Counted from the first letter of the whole stretch, positions 1 to 11,710 are shown. The stretch is 63,210 bases of DNA, filler included, from a bacterium (GCA_024278215.1; 3 parts of 3 records of this genome joined end to end with filler, not necessarily neighbours in it); one strand, 5' to 3'. Program-made: numbers and translations. The notes: generated by a model from the sequence alone, not told the origin.

Positions 1-140
1 GAAATTGTTCAGAGCAAGGCGGAGGTGCAAAATCCTCGCAGGCGTACTTGTAGAGTACGTCGAGGACGATTTTATGCCGACAACGCAGCTATGGACAATA
101 GCAGCCGACCGCAGCAGAATCAGAATTTTGCAATTGGCTC
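1..140 (+). mobile_element. MITE family A, right part (truncated by window start)
   Basis: Matches the internal sequence of the full copies at 16108 and 51413 and ends in the right TIR AATTTTGCAATTGGCTC at 140. Confidence 0.88.
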
Positions 141-157
141 TAAGGAAGGAATAGGAA

Positions 158-664
158 ATGTCAACTGCAACAGAAGAAACCGGATCGCAGACCGCGACGG
201 AAGAAAGTATTGATAAATACCTGACGTTCGCCCTGGGCGAAGAGGAATACGGACTTGAAATTCTCAAGGTTCGTGAGATCATCGGGCTGATGAAGATAAC
301 ACGCGTGCCCAGGATGCCGGAGTTCGTGCGCGGCGTGATCAATCTGCGCGGGAAGGTGATCCCGGTGATGGACCTGCGCCTCAAGTTCGGCATGGAGAGC
401 GTCGACGACACGGATCATACGTGCATCATTGTCGTGGACCTGGACGGAATGCTGATGGGAACAGTTGTGGATAGGGTTTCCGAAGTAGTGAATATATCTG
501 AAAGCCAGATAGAAGAGGCCCCGTCTTTCGGCGTGAAAGTCAATACTGAATTCATACTCGGGATCGGCAAGTCGGGCAGCAGAGTGATAATCCTGCTGGA
601 TATTGCGAAAGTACTGAGCGCGGACGAAATAGCTGTGATAGCAAATGGCGCGAGCGGCGAATGA
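158..664 (+). CDS. cheW: Chemotaxis coupling protein CheW
   Basis: KYLTF..GEEEYG.EILKVREI, P..V.GVINLRGKVIPV.DLR motifs; RBS AGGA upstream. Confidence 0.95.
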   Translation: MSTATEETGSQTATEESIDKYLTFALGEEEYGLEILKVREIIGLMKITRVPRMPEFVRGVINLRGKVIPVMDLRLKFGMESVDDTDHTCIIVVDLDGMLMGTVVDRVSEVVNISESQIEEAPSFGVKVNTEFILGIGKSGSRVIILLDIAKVLSADEIAVIANGASGE

Positions 665-720
665 ACTCAAATTATCGGCCGGAAGAGATCGAAAAACAAT
701 ATTAAAGGAGATGGAAAAAA

Positions 721-3078
721 ATGAATACGGAAAAATCAATAGGAATAAAGCTGGTGGCCGGTTTCCTGAGCCTGTCTGTTATAACGCTCGTTGTCGGGCT
801 GATGGGGTTCAGGTATGTGAAATTTATTGAACACGACTTCGATAACGTGATACGAACGGCCCCGCTTGTGGACGCCGCTATGGAGATGAAGTTTGATGTC
901 TCAAAGGACATGCACGTACTTATGAAATTGATGGACGCGGAAGACAGGGAATCCCTTGATGCGGTCTGGAAAGAACACGAGAGCATAGTAAATGACTTCG
1001 ACACATCCGGAAAGACGATTCTGGAGGACAAAGTAACCGACGAAGGAGCGATTTACACTTCGGAAAGCCAGGATATGAAGAATGTCGTCATGGAAGCCGA
1101 CAGATTCCATAATGATAAATTTCAACCACTGGCCCGGGAGATGTACGAAGCGAAACAAAAAGAATTTTCTCTGAGGAAGAAAATTAAAGAGTCCACGGTT
1201 GATCCGCGAATGGCGGAACTGACAGGCCAGCTTTCCGAACTGAATGTCAAAGCCGATAGTATCGGCGAACAAATGATCGACATTATCGGTAAAGTGGGAG
1301 ATTCGGCAAGACAAAAGATCGACACCGCCAACAACGACGCCGGCAACACGATAGCCACAACCGTGAGGATTCTCATCATAGGCGTCATCGTCGGTGTCCT
1401 CTTCGCTGTCGTCCTGGGCTTTTTCTTCACCCGGATGATAGTGAAGTCGGTAATGGGCCCGATCAAAGAGGCCCTGGCGGAAGCCGCTGAAAAGGTGGAA
1501 TACATCCAGAATCTGCCCACGCCTTTAATTGCGATAGACAGAGACTACAACATCAAGTATGCGAATATAGCAGCGGCGAATATACTGGGCAAAAGCCAGG
1601 GCGACCTGGTGGACTGCAAATGCCACGAACAGTTTAACACGCCCCATTGCAATACGCCGGAATGCCGTGTCCGGCAGGCCATGGAGCAGGATATAGTTGT
1701 TTCCGGAGAGTCAAAAACAGTGCAGGGTGGAAAGGAAATCACGACCGAGTACACCGGAGCGCCCATCAAGGATACATCGGGTAATATTATCGGCGGGATA
1801 GAGTTCATACTGGACATCACGGAAAGAAAGAACGTTCTTAACGACATAATAGAAGTGTCCAAAGGCATGGCGGCGGGAGAACTGAACAAACGGCTGGACG
1901 GCGAATACCAGGGCGATTATAAGATGATCGCCACAAATATTAACAGAGCCATGCAGGAACTCGGCAATGTGATACAGGAGATCAACATCGTCTGCCGGGG
2001 CCTCTCGAACGGCGACCTCACAAAAGGCATAACAGGCACGTACAGGGGAGCATATAAAGAGATAAGCATGAACCTGAACGACGCGCTGGCGAATCTCAAC
2101 AACATGGTCTCCCAGGTGTCGGACGCGGTCTCGCAGATAAATTCCGCCGGTGTGCAGATAAGCGCGAGTTCACAGAATGTCGCCGAGGGCGCCACCGAGC
2201 AGGCCAGCACGATGGAGGAAATCTCCAGCAGCCTCGAAGAAATGTCCAGCATGACAAAGCAGAACGCGGAGCACGCGGCACAGGCAAAGACTCTTTCACA
2301 GGAGTCCATGGACAACACGGCCAAGGGCAGCGACTCCATGAGAAAGATGAACCAGGCTATCCAGGACATCAAGAAGTCGTCCGATGAAACTGCCGGTATT
2401 GTAAAAACAATCGACGAGATAGCGTTCCAGACCAACCTGCTGGCGCTGAACGCCGCTGTGGAAGCGGCCCGCGCCGGAGAAGCCGGCAAGGGCTTCGCCG
2501 TGGTCGCCGAAGAAGTTCGCAACCTCGCGATGCGCAGCGCCGACGCGGCCAAAGAAACATCCGAGCTTATAAAGGGGTCCGTGAAAAACTCCGACAACGG
2601 TGTCCGGATAGCGGACGAAGTCGCACAATCACTTGATGAAATTGCCCGGGGCGCGGAGAAGGTCAACGACCTGCTCAATGAAATATCAGCGGCGTCGAAA
2701 GAGCAGTCGCAGGGGATCGAACAGGTCAACGTGGCGGTATCCGAAAACGATAAGGTCACACAGCAGAACACTACAAACGCTGAAGAGTCTGCAAGTGCCG
2801 CGGAAGAACTTTCCGCCCAGGCGGCGCAGCTTGCGGAGATCGTCGGCAACTTCAAAGTAAGGCGAAACAGCGCGTCACGCTTCGGCAACAGCGCGGCTGC
2901 CTCGCTTCCGGACGCCCCACAGTATGCGACGGGCACGCCTGCGGTGCGTAGTTCCGTCAACAGGGCTGTCGCTCAGGGAAATAACGGGAAAAACAGACCC
3001 AAAAGTTCTGTAGCGGCAACACCCGAGCAGATAATCCCGCTCGACGACGGCGACTTCGAAGATTTCATGGATTATTAA
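721..3078 (+). CDS. Methyl-accepting chemotaxis protein (helical periplasmic sensor, Cys-rich PAS, HAMPs, MA domain)
   Basis: Two TM helices, PAS-like segment, [34 protein letters not shown] hairpin tip, acidic/aromatic C-terminal tail; RBS AAGGAG. Confidence 0.95.
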   Translation: MNTEKSIGIKLVAGFLSLSVITLVVGLMGFRYVKFIEHDFDNVIRTAPLVDAAMEMKFDVSKDMHVLMKLMDAEDRESLDAVWKEHESIVNDFDTSGKTILEDKVTDEGAIYTSESQDMKNVVMEADRFHNDKFQPLAREMYEAKQKEFSLRKKIKESTVDPRMAELTGQLSELNVKADSIGEQMIDIIGKVGDSARQKIDTANNDAGNTIATTVRILIIGVIVGVLFAVVLGFFFTRMIVKSVMGPIKEALAEAAEKVEYIQNLPTPLIAIDRDYNIKYANIAAANILGKSQGDLVDCKCHEQFNTPHCNTPECRVRQAMEQDIVVSGESKTVQGGKEITTEYTGAPIKDTSGNIIGGIEFILDITERKNVLNDIIEVSKGMAAGELNKRLDGEYQGDYKMIATNINRAMQELGNVIQEINIVCRGLSNGDLTKGITGTYRGAYKEISMNLNDALANLNNMVSQVSDAVSQINSAGVQISASSQNVAEGATEQASTMEEISSSLEEMSSMTKQNAEHAAQAKTLSQESMDNTAKGSDSMRKMNQAIQDIKKSSDETAGIVKTIDEIAFQTNLLALNAAVEAARAGEAGKGFAVVAEEVRNLAMRSADAAKETSELIKGSVKNSDNGVRIADEVAQSLDEIARGAEKVNDLLNEISAASKEQSQGIEQVNVAVSENDKVTQQNTTNAEESASAAEELSAQAAQLAEIVGNFKVRRNSASRFGNSAAASLPDAPQYATGTPAVRSSVNRAVAQGNNGKNRPKSSVAATPEQIIPLDDGDFEDFMDY

Positions 3079-3219
3079 CAGATAATAGCCTTCATATCCG
3101 GGGGCTTGAATCGGAGAACAGGATCATACCACATGAATTTCGGCAGAAAATCAAAGGTCTGCAAGTCTGGTTGCTGAAATATGGGAAATGAGACATAAGT
3201 TGTTCGAAACGGTGCAATA

Positions 3220-3645
3220 ATGAGCATGAGAGTTATGATTGTCGACGATGAAGATGATTTGAGAATCATTATGCGTGAGTTGCTCGAAGATGAAAGTTTT
3301 ATTGTTTTCGAGGCCACCCGCGGGGCAGAGGCACTGCTGCTGCTCGATGAACTCATAGCGACCGGCGATACTCCTGATCTTATCATCCTTGATATTATGA
3401 TGCCCGGTATGGATGGATTTGAGGTTTGCAAAAAGATCAAGAATAACGACAAATATCCACACATACCCATTCTGATTATCTCGGGAAAGGAAGAACAACG
3501 GTCCATACTGGATGCTTACACTTCGGGTGCCAATCGATACCTCACAAAACCATTCGGCATGGATGATCTGCTTCACGCCGTGAAAACCCAAATCCGGCAG
3601 ACCGAACTCAGCAGGAAACAAATGGAGAGCGATCCTACCTGCTGA
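3220..3645 (+). CDS. Single-domain response regulator (receiver)
   Basis: VMIVDDE, DLIILDIMMPGMDG, GANRYLTKPF motifs. Confidence 0.92.
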   Translation: MSMRVMIVDDEDDLRIIMRELLEDESFIVFEATRGAEALLLLDELIATGDTPDLIILDIMMPGMDGFEVCKKIKNNDKYPHIPILIISGKEEQRSILDAYTSGANRYLTKPFGMDDLLHAVKTQIRQTELSRKQMESDPTC

Positions 3646-3762
3646 TCCTGTTCCCATCGGGCGATACAGGCTCATCACGACAGAATGCCTGTAGTGGTGT
3701 TTTCTCCGATTGACGACAACAATAGGCCAACATATCTGAAAGGTTTACAAGGAGGGTGTGTA

Positions 3763-6315
3763 ATGAGTTTTAAAAGAATGAGCTTGAAAACAAAGTTATT
3801 GCTACCCGTGGTAATCTGCGTTACGCTTGCCGCGGGCGTCACTTTTTTTCTTTTCTCGAAGATATTTTCCGACATCTTTGCGGACAACATTTCGTCATTA
3901 CAAACTTATCAGCAAAAGTCCGTGGAAGATGAATTCCGCAGCAAGACTGTCGACTACAATACATTTCTCAAACAAATAGAGAAAAAAGCACTTGAAGAAG
4001 CGTCATTGTTCTCGCAGGTTCCCGCCGTCCAGGAGGCATACGCGGTAGCTCTTCAGGGGAATATAGACGATGAAGAGGACCCGCGAACCAGTGAAGCGAG
4101 GAATATGTTGCGCAAAAGCCTGAAACCGTTTCTGAAAGGTTACGCGGCCAACAATGGGAACGAACCGTTACAGTTGCATTTTCATCTCCCGAATGCGCGC
4201 AGTCTTGTTCGACTGTGGAGAGATGGCTGGCAGACAAAACGTAATGGAAAGAAGCTCGATATTTCCGATGACATCTCCACCTTCAGGCAAACCGTGATAG
4301 ACGTGAACAGAAACAAAAAACCTCTGGCAGGTATAGAAGTGGGCAGAGGCGGTTTTGTGGTCAGAGGTCTTGCGCCGGTTGTGGACGCGCAGGGACACCA
4401 CCTTGGGTCCGATGAAGTGCTTTACCAATTCAATCCTATACTCGACATGATGAAATCTCAAAATACAGAAGCTTTCGCCGTGTTTATGGACAAGAAACTG
4501 CTTGACATCGCCACACGGCTTCAGGACGAATCCAAATATCCGGTTATCGACGATGCTTTTGTGTTCTCAGCCGCGACTGATAAACAACACATCATGGAAG
4601 TGCTTGATATCGATGTTCTGCGAAAGGGCGCAAAGGAGAATGTTTTAATTCTCAAGGGCGACCATTATTTATCTGCCTTTCCCATACTTGATTTCTCTAA
4701 AAATCCCGTCGGTGTTATGTTCATGAGCTTCGATGTCTCCAGGCAGATGAAGACCCTGGCGGAAAAGAAAAAGCAATCGGTGAAAAAGCTGCTGGAAATC
4801 AAACTTCTTCTGGGCGGCGGCATATCGGCATTCGTTCTGATCATCTCGATACTGATATATTTCAGCATAGGAAAGACAACGAGAAGAATAGAGAAATTCG
4901 GCAAAGTGGCGGAAGACATTCGAGACGGTCATATAATGAATCTCAATATTGAAAAAGAAGATGACGACGAGATAGGCAGGATATCCGATGCGTTCTCTGA
5001 AACGGTAGACAACCTCAAGAACATAGTAGGTGCGGCGGGGCGGATAGCAGAAGGCGACTTCGATGCCGAATTCGAACCGAAGGGCCGAGATGACGAACTG
5101 GTTGTGCCGCTGGAGATCATGCGTCAGAAAATAGTCGAGCTTATCACGGAGTCGAAAAGGAAGCAGTCCGAGATAGAAAAGGACAATAACTATCTGTCTG
5201 ACAATGTGGCGCGAATAATCAAAGTAATGGAATCGGTTGCGGACGGTGACCTCACCCAACGGCTCGGGGCGGATAATAAGAACAATGAAATAGGGCGGCT
5301 TGTTGCGGCGATAAACAACACGCTGGAAACCCTTGAAGACATACTGGGACAGGTGACAGGCGCAGTGGTCCAGATAAATTCCGTTGGAGCACAGATCAGT
5401 TCGAACGCGCAGAGCGTCGCTGAAGGTGCTTCCGAGCAGGCGAGCGCTCTGGAAGAGATTTCCAGCAGTCTCGAAGAAATGTCCAGCATGACCAGGCAGA
5501 ACGCTGAGCATGCGGCACAGGCGAAGACACTTTCGCAGGAGTCGATAGACATTACAAGAATCGGCGGAGACGCCATGAAGAAGATGAATCAGTCCATACA
5601 CGACATCAAGAAATCAGCCGATGAAACCGCCGGCATTGTGAAAACAATCGACGAAATAGCGTTCCAGACCAACCTGCTGGCATTAAATGCCGCTGTGGAA
5701 GCTGCTCGCGCGGGCGAGGCGGGCAAGGGATTCGCCGTAGTAGCCGAGGAGGTCCGCAACCTCGCAATGCGCAGCGCCGATGCGGCAAAGGAGACGGCGG
5801 AACTCATAAAAGGCTCGGTCAGGAACTCCGATAACGGGGTGCGCATAGCGGATGAAGTGGCGAAATCCCTTGATGAAATCTCGCATAGCACGGAGAAGGT
5901 CAACGATCTGCTCAACGAAATCTCCGCAGCTTCCAAAGAGCAGTCATTGGGTATCGAACAGGTCAACAGGGCTGTAGCAGAAAACGACAGAGTCACTCAA
6001 CAAAACACAACCGATGCCGAGGAATCGGCCAGTGCCGCCGAAGAGCTATCGGTCCAGGCCGAGCAACTTGCGGACATCATCGGGAGGTTCAAAGTCAGAA
6101 ACGACAGCTATACCGGAAGCGGAAGCGGCGCGGCGACCTCTCTGTCGGGAACAAATCATGACGCGGAAGCGCCCACCGTTGGGCTGAATCTTCCCGGAAA
6201 AGGTATCGCGTATGACGGCGGCGGCGAATGTATCAAGAAAAACGACGCCGTGTTGAAACCGGAAAGGATTATTCCGCTCGAAGACAGCGATTTCGATGAC
6301 TTCAGTGATTTCTGA
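3763..6315 (+). CDS. Methyl-accepting chemotaxis protein with Cache (dCache_3-like) sensor
   Basis: [31 protein letters not shown] motifs; HAMPs; MA tip. Start moved to ATG 3763 behind RBS AAGGAGG. Confidence 0.93.
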   Translation: MSFKRMSLKTKLLLPVVICVTLAAGVTFFLFSKIFSDIFADNISSLQTYQQKSVEDEFRSKTVDYNTFLKQIEKKALEEASLFSQVPAVQEAYAVALQGNIDDEEDPRTSEARNMLRKSLKPFLKGYAANNGNEPLQLHFHLPNARSLVRLWRDGWQTKRNGKKLDISDDISTFRQTVIDVNRNKKPLAGIEVGRGGFVVRGLAPVVDAQGHHLGSDEVLYQFNPILDMMKSQNTEAFAVFMDKKLLDIATRLQDESKYPVIDDAFVFSAATDKQHIMEVLDIDVLRKGAKENVLILKGDHYLSAFPILDFSKNPVGVMFMSFDVSRQMKTLAEKKKQSVKKLLEIKLLLGGGISAFVLIISILIYFSIGKTTRRIEKFGKVAEDIRDGHIMNLNIEKEDDDEIGRISDAFSETVDNLKNIVGAAGRIAEGDFDAEFEPKGRDDELVVPLEIMRQKIVELITESKRKQSEIEKDNNYLSDNVARIIKVMESVADGDLTQRLGADNKNNEIGRLVAAINNTLETLEDILGQVTGAVVQINSVGAQISSNAQSVAEGASEQASALEEISSSLEEMSSMTRQNAEHAAQAKTLSQESIDITRIGGDAMKKMNQSIHDIKKSADETAGIVKTIDEIAFQTNLLALNAAVEAARAGEAGKGFAVVAEEVRNLAMRSADAAKETAELIKGSVRNSDNGVRIADEVAKSLDEISHSTEKVNDLLNEISAASKEQSLGIEQVNRAVAENDRVTQQNTTDAEESASAAEELSVQAEQLADIIGRFKVRNDSYTGSGSGAATSLSGTNHDAEAPTVGLNLPGKGIAYDGGGECIKKNDAVLKPERIIPLEDSDFDDFSDF

Positions 6316-6342
6316 CCTGATGCGGTTTCCGCCCGACGACCG

Positions 6343-6482
6343 TGTAATACTGCACCTGCCCGGCAAGTGAATGGTGATGGAGCATACTGAATAGTATGTG
6401 ACCGATCCCGAATCGCCGCTGCAACGGGCGTAGTATGGCATTGTCGCGATTTTCCGGATTACTTGGTGAGAAATCCGGGTTA
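6343..6482 (+). mobile_element. MITE family B (ERIC-like), diverged copy with decayed left end
   Basis: GGCAAGTGA..GGAGCATACTGAATAGTATGTGACCGATCCCGAATCGCCGC core and right end GTGAGAAATCCGGGTTA shared with the 14498, 31205 and 42446 copies. Confidence 0.8.
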
Positions 6483-6584
6483 AATAATATATCCTTACCC
6501 TGTTCAAGGGTGGATACCATTTTGTGAAACGGGGGTCAAACTGCGATTTCACAATACATATTTCAAACTGGAGGTTTTTTCCAA

Positions 6585-7748
6585 ATGCGTATCAGAAACA
6601 CGGCTGTATTGCTTTTCGCAAGTTTAATATGTGCTTTTGTGTTCACGACAGCTTCAGCGGCGCAGAAAGATGATCGTGTCGACAGGCTACTAAAGCTCCT
6701 GGTCGAAAAACAGGTAATCACAGATCAGGAAGCGGATGTCCTAGCGGCCGAGATCGACACCCCGGCGGAAAAGGAACAGCCGGCGGTCAATATTGTATCC
6801 AGCAATATTAAACTTAAAGGCTTCATGCACCTCGCTTCATACTGGCGCGAAAACGATGTCACGCGCAATACCGATACATTCAGGATTCGCCAGGCCCGGC
6901 TCACTGCGTATGGTTCGCCACACCCGAACTATAAGTTCAAGATGGGATTCGCTTTCGAGCGCACCGCGCCCATTCTTCTCGACGCCGAGATCGACTACAG
7001 GTATTCCGACAGCACCACAGTCTCGTTCGGCCAGTTCAAACTGCCGCTCAGCCATGAATCAATTATCAGCGGGAAGGCTACGGACTTGATCGACCGGTCG
7101 CAGTTCATCAACCAGTTCCGCCCGTCGAACGGTCGTGACATCGGTCTGAAAATCACCCGCAAATTCGCCGGTGGCACGACATTCGAACTCGGCGCGTTCA
7201 ACGGCTCCGGCAAGAACAACCTCGACTCCGGCGACCAGGACGCACTCGTGGCGCGGGTCTCCGGCTCGTACAGAACCGGCAATCTCGAACTGGCCCCCGA
7301 GGCTGCCTATTTCATCGCACAGTCGGAATCGGGAACAGCGACACCGATAGAAAGCTCCATCATGGCCACACCGGGCTTCGCGCCCTACGATAAAAGCCTG
7401 AAGCAATTCGGACTCAGTGCGAGATACGGCAGACTCACCTACAAGACCGAGTTTATCGAAGGCAGGTTCAAGTCGAAAGATGACACTATAAATTCCGTCC
7501 GCGCCGATGGCGTATTCCATCAGCTTGGCTGGGATTTCGATTCGAGATATACACTGTTCTGGAGATATGAAACCTACGACCCGGATATGAGCACAACGAC
7601 GAATAAAGATATCGTATGGAACACTCTGGCACTGAATTATCGTGCCAGGAAAAATGTTCTCTACAAACTCAATCATCTCTGGAAGCAGGAAGCTGTCGGC
7701 AGTGAGGACAACGACGAGTTAAGAATGCAAGTGATGATAGGATTTTGA
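6585..7748 (+). CDS. Outer-membrane porin, phosphate-selective OprO/OprP-like
   Basis: Signal peptide, F.IRQARL, LLDAEIDY, FGQFKLPLS.E, GRDIG, G.FNG.G motifs; C-terminal Phe (QVMIGF). Confidence 0.8.
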   Translation: MRIRNTAVLLFASLICAFVFTTASAAQKDDRVDRLLKLLVEKQVITDQEADVLAAEIDTPAEKEQPAVNIVSSNIKLKGFMHLASYWRENDVTRNTDTFRIRQARLTAYGSPHPNYKFKMGFAFERTAPILLDAEIDYRYSDSTTVSFGQFKLPLSHESIISGKATDLIDRSQFINQFRPSNGRDIGLKITRKFAGGTTFELGAFNGSGKNNLDSGDQDALVARVSGSYRTGNLELAPEAAYFIAQSESGTATPIESSIMATPGFAPYDKSLKQFGLSARYGRLTYKTEFIEGRFKSKDDTINSVRADGVFHQLGWDFDSRYTLFWRYETYDPDMSTTTNKDIVWNTLALNYRARKNVLYKLNHLWKQEAVGSEDNDELRMQVMIGF

Positions 7749-7808
7749 ATACGACGAAACGACGTGCGCTCTCTCCAGCATGACAACAACGCGCGCGGGC
7801 AATCGGCA

Positions 7809-8285
7809 ATGACTCACGAAGTCGGCATTTCTGAAATGAAAGTTACGAGCAACCCGGAGGATACTCTTTCCACACGTTCTCTCGGCTCTTGTATCGGTGT
7901 GGCGATATTCGATCCCGAGGCCCGGGTCGGCGGCATGTTGCACTTCCAGTTGCCCGTGTCGAAAAACAACATGGATAAAGCTGCCATAAATCCATGTATG
8001 TACGGAGATACAGGCCTTGCGGCGCTTCTGAAAGCCGCCTTCGACAGGGGCGCGCGAAAGAACAGGATGCTGGTGAAGATAGCGGGCGGCGCCAGGGTGG
8101 CGGATAAAAACGGTTTCTTCAATATCGGTAAAAGAAATATTATCATCGCGAAAAAGTTCTTCTGGAAAAACGGTATTATCATCAGTGGTGAAGACACGGG
8201 CGGTGAGCACTGGAGAAACATGGCCCTGGAAGTCGCCTCGGGCCGCGTGACGGTCAGGACAAAAGAAAAAACATTCGAGATTTGA
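7809..8285 (+). CDS. cheD: Chemoreceptor glutamine deamidase CheD
   Basis: LGSCIGVAIFD, GGMLHFQLP, KIAGGA, IGKRN, EDTGG..R motifs; start uncertain (7764 or 7809). Confidence 0.93.
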   Translation: MTHEVGISEMKVTSNPEDTLSTRSLGSCIGVAIFDPEARVGGMLHFQLPVSKNNMDKAAINPCMYGDTGLAALLKAAFDRGARKNRMLVKIAGGARVADKNGFFNIGKRNIIIAKKFFWKNGIIISGEDTGGEHWRNMALEVASGRVTVRTKEKTFEI

Positions 8286-8295
8286 GGAGTTCATT

Positions 8296-8715
8296 ATGGC
8301 GTTGAACATTCTGCTTGTAGACGACTCCGGGATCATGCGCAAAATGATAGCCCGCGTAATAAACATGTCAGGCGCGCCGGTAGGTGAGATCATCGAAGCG
8401 GATAACGGCAGAGCCGGGCTCGATGCGCTGGGAAACAACTGGATCGATCTCGTCTTCACCGATCTGAATATGCCTGTCATGGACGGTGCGGAAATGATAG
8501 AACGAATGCGGGACGACGATGTCATGCGCGAGATACCCATCATTGTCGTTTCCACAGAAGGCAGCGACACGAAAATCAATAAACTGCTGAGTATTAAAGG
8601 TGTCCGCGGCTTCATAAGGAAGCCATTCGATCCCGGAGAGGCGCGAGATGTAATCTTCAAAGCAATCGGAATAGACACGGAGGCAACGGAAAATGTATCG
8701 ACAGACCCTTTATGA
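8296..8715 (+). CDS. cheY: CheY-like response regulator
   Basis: ILLVDDS..MRK, DLVFTDLNMPVMDG, FIRKPF; lies between cheD and a cheX-like gene. Confidence 0.85.
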   Translation: MALNILLVDDSGIMRKMIARVINMSGAPVGEIIEADNGRAGLDALGNNWIDLVFTDLNMPVMDGAEMIERMRDDDVMREIPIIVVSTEGSDTKINKLLSIKGVRGFIRKPFDPGEARDVIFKAIGIDTEATENVSTDPL

Positions 8716-9154
8716 AACTGCGCAACGAATATTCGAGGATGCCGCTTTCGCCCTGGTCGATCCGCCCGATGAAACAACCCGGCAAGAACGACATTTCGGC
8801 GTCGAGCTATCCGCTGTCGTCGCTTTCAATGGAGAATTTTCCGGCTTACTTGTAATCACAATTCCGCAAGAGCTGGCACGCTCGTTTGCTGCTAATATGC
8901 TCGGCATTGAAGAAGACGATCCGGCTGCCGCGCTCAAAAGCGATGATGCCGTCGGTGAGATCCTCAACATGATTTGCGGGAATCTGCTGCCTGCTGTCGC
9001 GGGCACCGGCCCCGAGTTCGACATCGGCGCTCCTTATGAAATATCGAGCTTCGATCTGGCCGGACTCCTCAAAAGACATCCGACAAAAGAAACAACAAAT
9101 GTGGAGATAATTGTGGAAGACCAGCCGGTGCAACTGGCACTGCTGCTCGATTAA
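8693..9154 (+). CDS. cheX: CheX/CheC-family phosphatase
   Basis: DAVGEILNMICGN (E-x2-N active-site motif), F.GEFSG.L; overlaps cheY. Confidence 0.8.
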   Translation: MYRQTLYETAQRIFEDAAFALVDPPDETTRQERHFGVELSAVVAFNGEFSGLLVITIPQELARSFAANMLGIEEDDPAAALKSDDAVGEILNMICGNLLPAVAGTGPEFDIGAPYEISSFDLAGLLKRHPTKETTNVEIIVEDQPVQLALLLD

Positions 9155-9377
9155 GTGCCTCGCGATACTTCCAATGAACAACCATAGCAATCCGCGAACT
9201 AAACATGACTGAACCCGCGCAAAAGCACACCGGGGAACAAAACGCTATCTGTCTCTGTTTGTCAGAATAGAAATCCCGTAGCGATTGTAAACGGACTTTC
9301 TCGCGATAAAGACGAGTGAACCCATAGTCTTTGTCCGAAACGGAATCTCAAGAATAGTTAAGAAGAGGGTAAAGAAA

Positions 9378-11459
9378 ATGACAATCGAAAAGCCAAGCTC
9401 GCGGAAAGTGAAAAGCGGCGTCGGAATCGCAGTCTCACTCGGTATCATGTTCGGCCTCATCGTCGCGTTGCTGTTTGTCAATATAGCCGGTGTGCTGTGG
9501 ATTTTCTCGCTCCAGAAGTCGGACGCGGTGAAGATCAACGTGGCGGGCAGGAACCGGATGCTGTCGCAGCGTTTCACCAAGGAGACGCTGTCGGATGTGA
9601 TGGCCGGCAGCCTGGGGAAACAGATGGAGGCCAAACAATCCGGGAAAACCCGATTCCTGTTCGAGGATTCGCTGAAAAAACTGATTCAGGGCGGTGACGC
9701 CATCATCGACCCGGCCAACGGAATTACTGCGAGCATCCCTGTCGAGAGCGACCCGGTGACTGCGGCACAACTCGATAAAGTCAACGTGTTGTGGACGGAA
9801 CTGATGGCGCAGGTCGATGTCATGCGCAGCGAGCCTGCCGGCTCGGAGGCTTTCAGGGCTTCCTGGGAGAAGGTGTCAAAACTGAATATTGATGTTCTTA
9901 AGAATATGAACACCGCTGTCGGCATGATGGTGAAAAATGCCGAGGCGAAAGGTGAGATGCTGAAAATGCTCCAGTATATTCTCGGAACGGTCTCTCTCAT
10001 AGTATGCGCATTCGTGTTTTTCTTCATCCGGCGCAAGATAACAAATCCTATAAAAGAGCTCGAGGCAGTGGCGGAAAACATCAGGGACGGCAGAATAATG
10101 GACCTTGAAATACGCGCAGGGTCCGGCGACGAGATAGGCCGGCTGGCAAACTCTATGGCGGAAACTGTGGATTCGCTCAGGGAAATAGTCAGGACGTCGA
10201 ACGAGATAGCCGCCGGAAACCTCGACGCGCAATATACGCCCCGCAGCGAGAACGACGAACTCGGCAATCCGCTCAAAATAATGCGCGACAATATTGTCAG
10301 ACATATCGAGAGCATCAAAAAGATGCGCGCCGAGATGGAGGCGAACAGTAAATACCTCGAAAAAAGTGTTCGAAAAATGATCAGCGTTATGGAAGCCGTC
10401 GCCGACGGTGACCTGACGCAGTCCCTGGAAGCCGAAAAGGATGACGATGTCGGGAAACTTGCCGGGCAAATCAACTCCACCGTGAAAAGCCTGCATGATC
10501 TGGTTGTGCAGGTAACGGAAGCCGTGTGGCAGATACGTAACGCAAGCGACGATATAAGCGGCGGGGCACAGAACGTCGCCGAAGGCGCTTCCGAGCAGGC
10601 AAGCATGATGGAAGAGGTGTCCAGCAGTCTCGAAGAGATGTCGAGCATGACAAAACTGAATGCCGAAAACGCTTCCATGGCACAGGTGCTGGCAAAGGAA
10701 TCTTCTGAAAATACAAAGAAAGGCGCCGGGGCCATGACGCGCATGAATGACGCTATCCGCAAGATCAGAAAATCCTCTGATGAGACCGCTTCAATTGTAA
10801 AAACAATAGACGAGATTGCTTTCCAGACAAACTTGCTCGCCCTGAACGCCGCTGTCGAAGCCGCCAGGGCGGGCGAAGCCGGCAAGGGGTTCGCGGTGGT
10901 TGCCGACGAGGTGCGAAGCCTCGCCATGAGGAGCGCGGAAGCCGCGAAAGACACTACTGATATGATCCAGGAATCCGTTAATAATTCGGAAAACGGCGTG
11001 CTTATCGCAAACGAAGTAACTGAATCACTGCGTGAGATCGAGGAAAGCGGCGACAAGGTCAATAATCTTATCGCCGAAATCGCTGCCGCTTCCAAGGAGC
11101 AGGCGCTCGGCATCGAACAGGTCAACATCGCGATGAACGAAAGTGACACAGTGACCCAGAAAAACGCTTCGAGCGCGGAAGAATCCGCAAGTGCCGCCGA
11201 AGAACTCTCGGCCCAGGCGGAGCAGCTCGCGAAAATTATCGGAAGCTTCAAAGTAAGACAAAATGAGTTCGCCGCCGGCGGCAATCCTGCCCCTGCACTG
11301 CATCAAGGCCCCATGTCGAATGCAACCACTGGTTCCTTTCATAATATCATCGGCCCCGCACACAGCGATATGAAAAGTCGAAAAACACCTTTATCTCGTT
11401 TACCTGATACAGGACTATCAGCAAGCGACGAAAAGTTTGATGACTTCAGAGATTTTTGA
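9378..11459 (+). CDS. Methyl-accepting chemotaxis protein with NarX/PilJ-type sensor
   Basis: [17 protein letters not shown] motif after TM1; HAMPs; MA tip. Confidence 0.93.
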   Translation: MTIEKPSSRKVKSGVGIAVSLGIMFGLIVALLFVNIAGVLWIFSLQKSDAVKINVAGRNRMLSQRFTKETLSDVMAGSLGKQMEAKQSGKTRFLFEDSLKKLIQGGDAIIDPANGITASIPVESDPVTAAQLDKVNVLWTELMAQVDVMRSEPAGSEAFRASWEKVSKLNIDVLKNMNTAVGMMVKNAEAKGEMLKMLQYILGTVSLIVCAFVFFFIRRKITNPIKELEAVAENIRDGRIMDLEIRAGSGDEIGRLANSMAETVDSLREIVRTSNEIAAGNLDAQYTPRSENDELGNPLKIMRDNIVRHIESIKKMRAEMEANSKYLEKSVRKMISVMEAVADGDLTQSLEAEKDDDVGKLAGQINSTVKSLHDLVVQVTEAVWQIRNASDDISGGAQNVAEGASEQASMMEEVSSSLEEMSSMTKLNAENASMAQVLAKESSENTKKGAGAMTRMNDAIRKIRKSSDETASIVKTIDEIAFQTNLLALNAAVEAARAGEAGKGFAVVADEVRSLAMRSAEAAKDTTDMIQESVNNSENGVLIANEVTESLREIEESGDKVNNLIAEIAAASKEQALGIEQVNIAMNESDTVTQKNASSAEESASAAEELSAQAEQLAKIIGSFKVRQNEFAAGGNPAPALHQGPMSNATTGSFHNIIGPAHSDMKSRKTPLSRLPDTGLSASDEKFDDFRDF

Positions 11460-11628
11460 TCATGGCCGAATGAATTTGCCGACTCAGGGGTTGGGTAGAA
11501 ATATGATGGAAATTCAGGTGCGCAACGGTTCGGCTTCGTTACTGTTGTTGTCGGGGTCTGCCGGGTTTTCGTTCAGGCACTATTCAGTCGGCGTGATCGA
11601 CAGAGGGTGCGTCGCGTGTCCTGCGGAC

Positions 11629-11657
11629 TTGAAAAATCGCGCGGCATCCTTTATTCT
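11629..11657 (+). promoter_or_regulatory. Putative sigma70 promoter of the oxidoreductase operon
   Basis: TTGAAA-17 bp-TATTCT, about 54 bp upstream of the ferredoxin-subunit ATG. Confidence 0.5.
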
Positions 11658-11710
11658 TTCCTGATGCTCCCGCGGGAGCATTTCAATCCATCGGGCGGGA
11701 AACAGTAAAG

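Noticed and set aside
25-213. Short ORFs overlapping MITEs (25-213, 18403-18666, 29941-30126, 39493-39768, 62909-63142)
   Set aside because: They are translations of the repeat in varying frames with indels between copies; no conserved start, RBS or frame.
660-720. Sigma-28 promoters upstream of MCP genes
   Set aside because: No convincing TAAA-N15-GCCGATA match found by eye.
9686-11284. Long antisense ORFs (e.g. 1917-2960, 9686-11284, 11651-13192, 36146-37159)
   Set aside because: Shadows of well-supported genes caused by codon bias; Ser/Ala-rich, no motifs.
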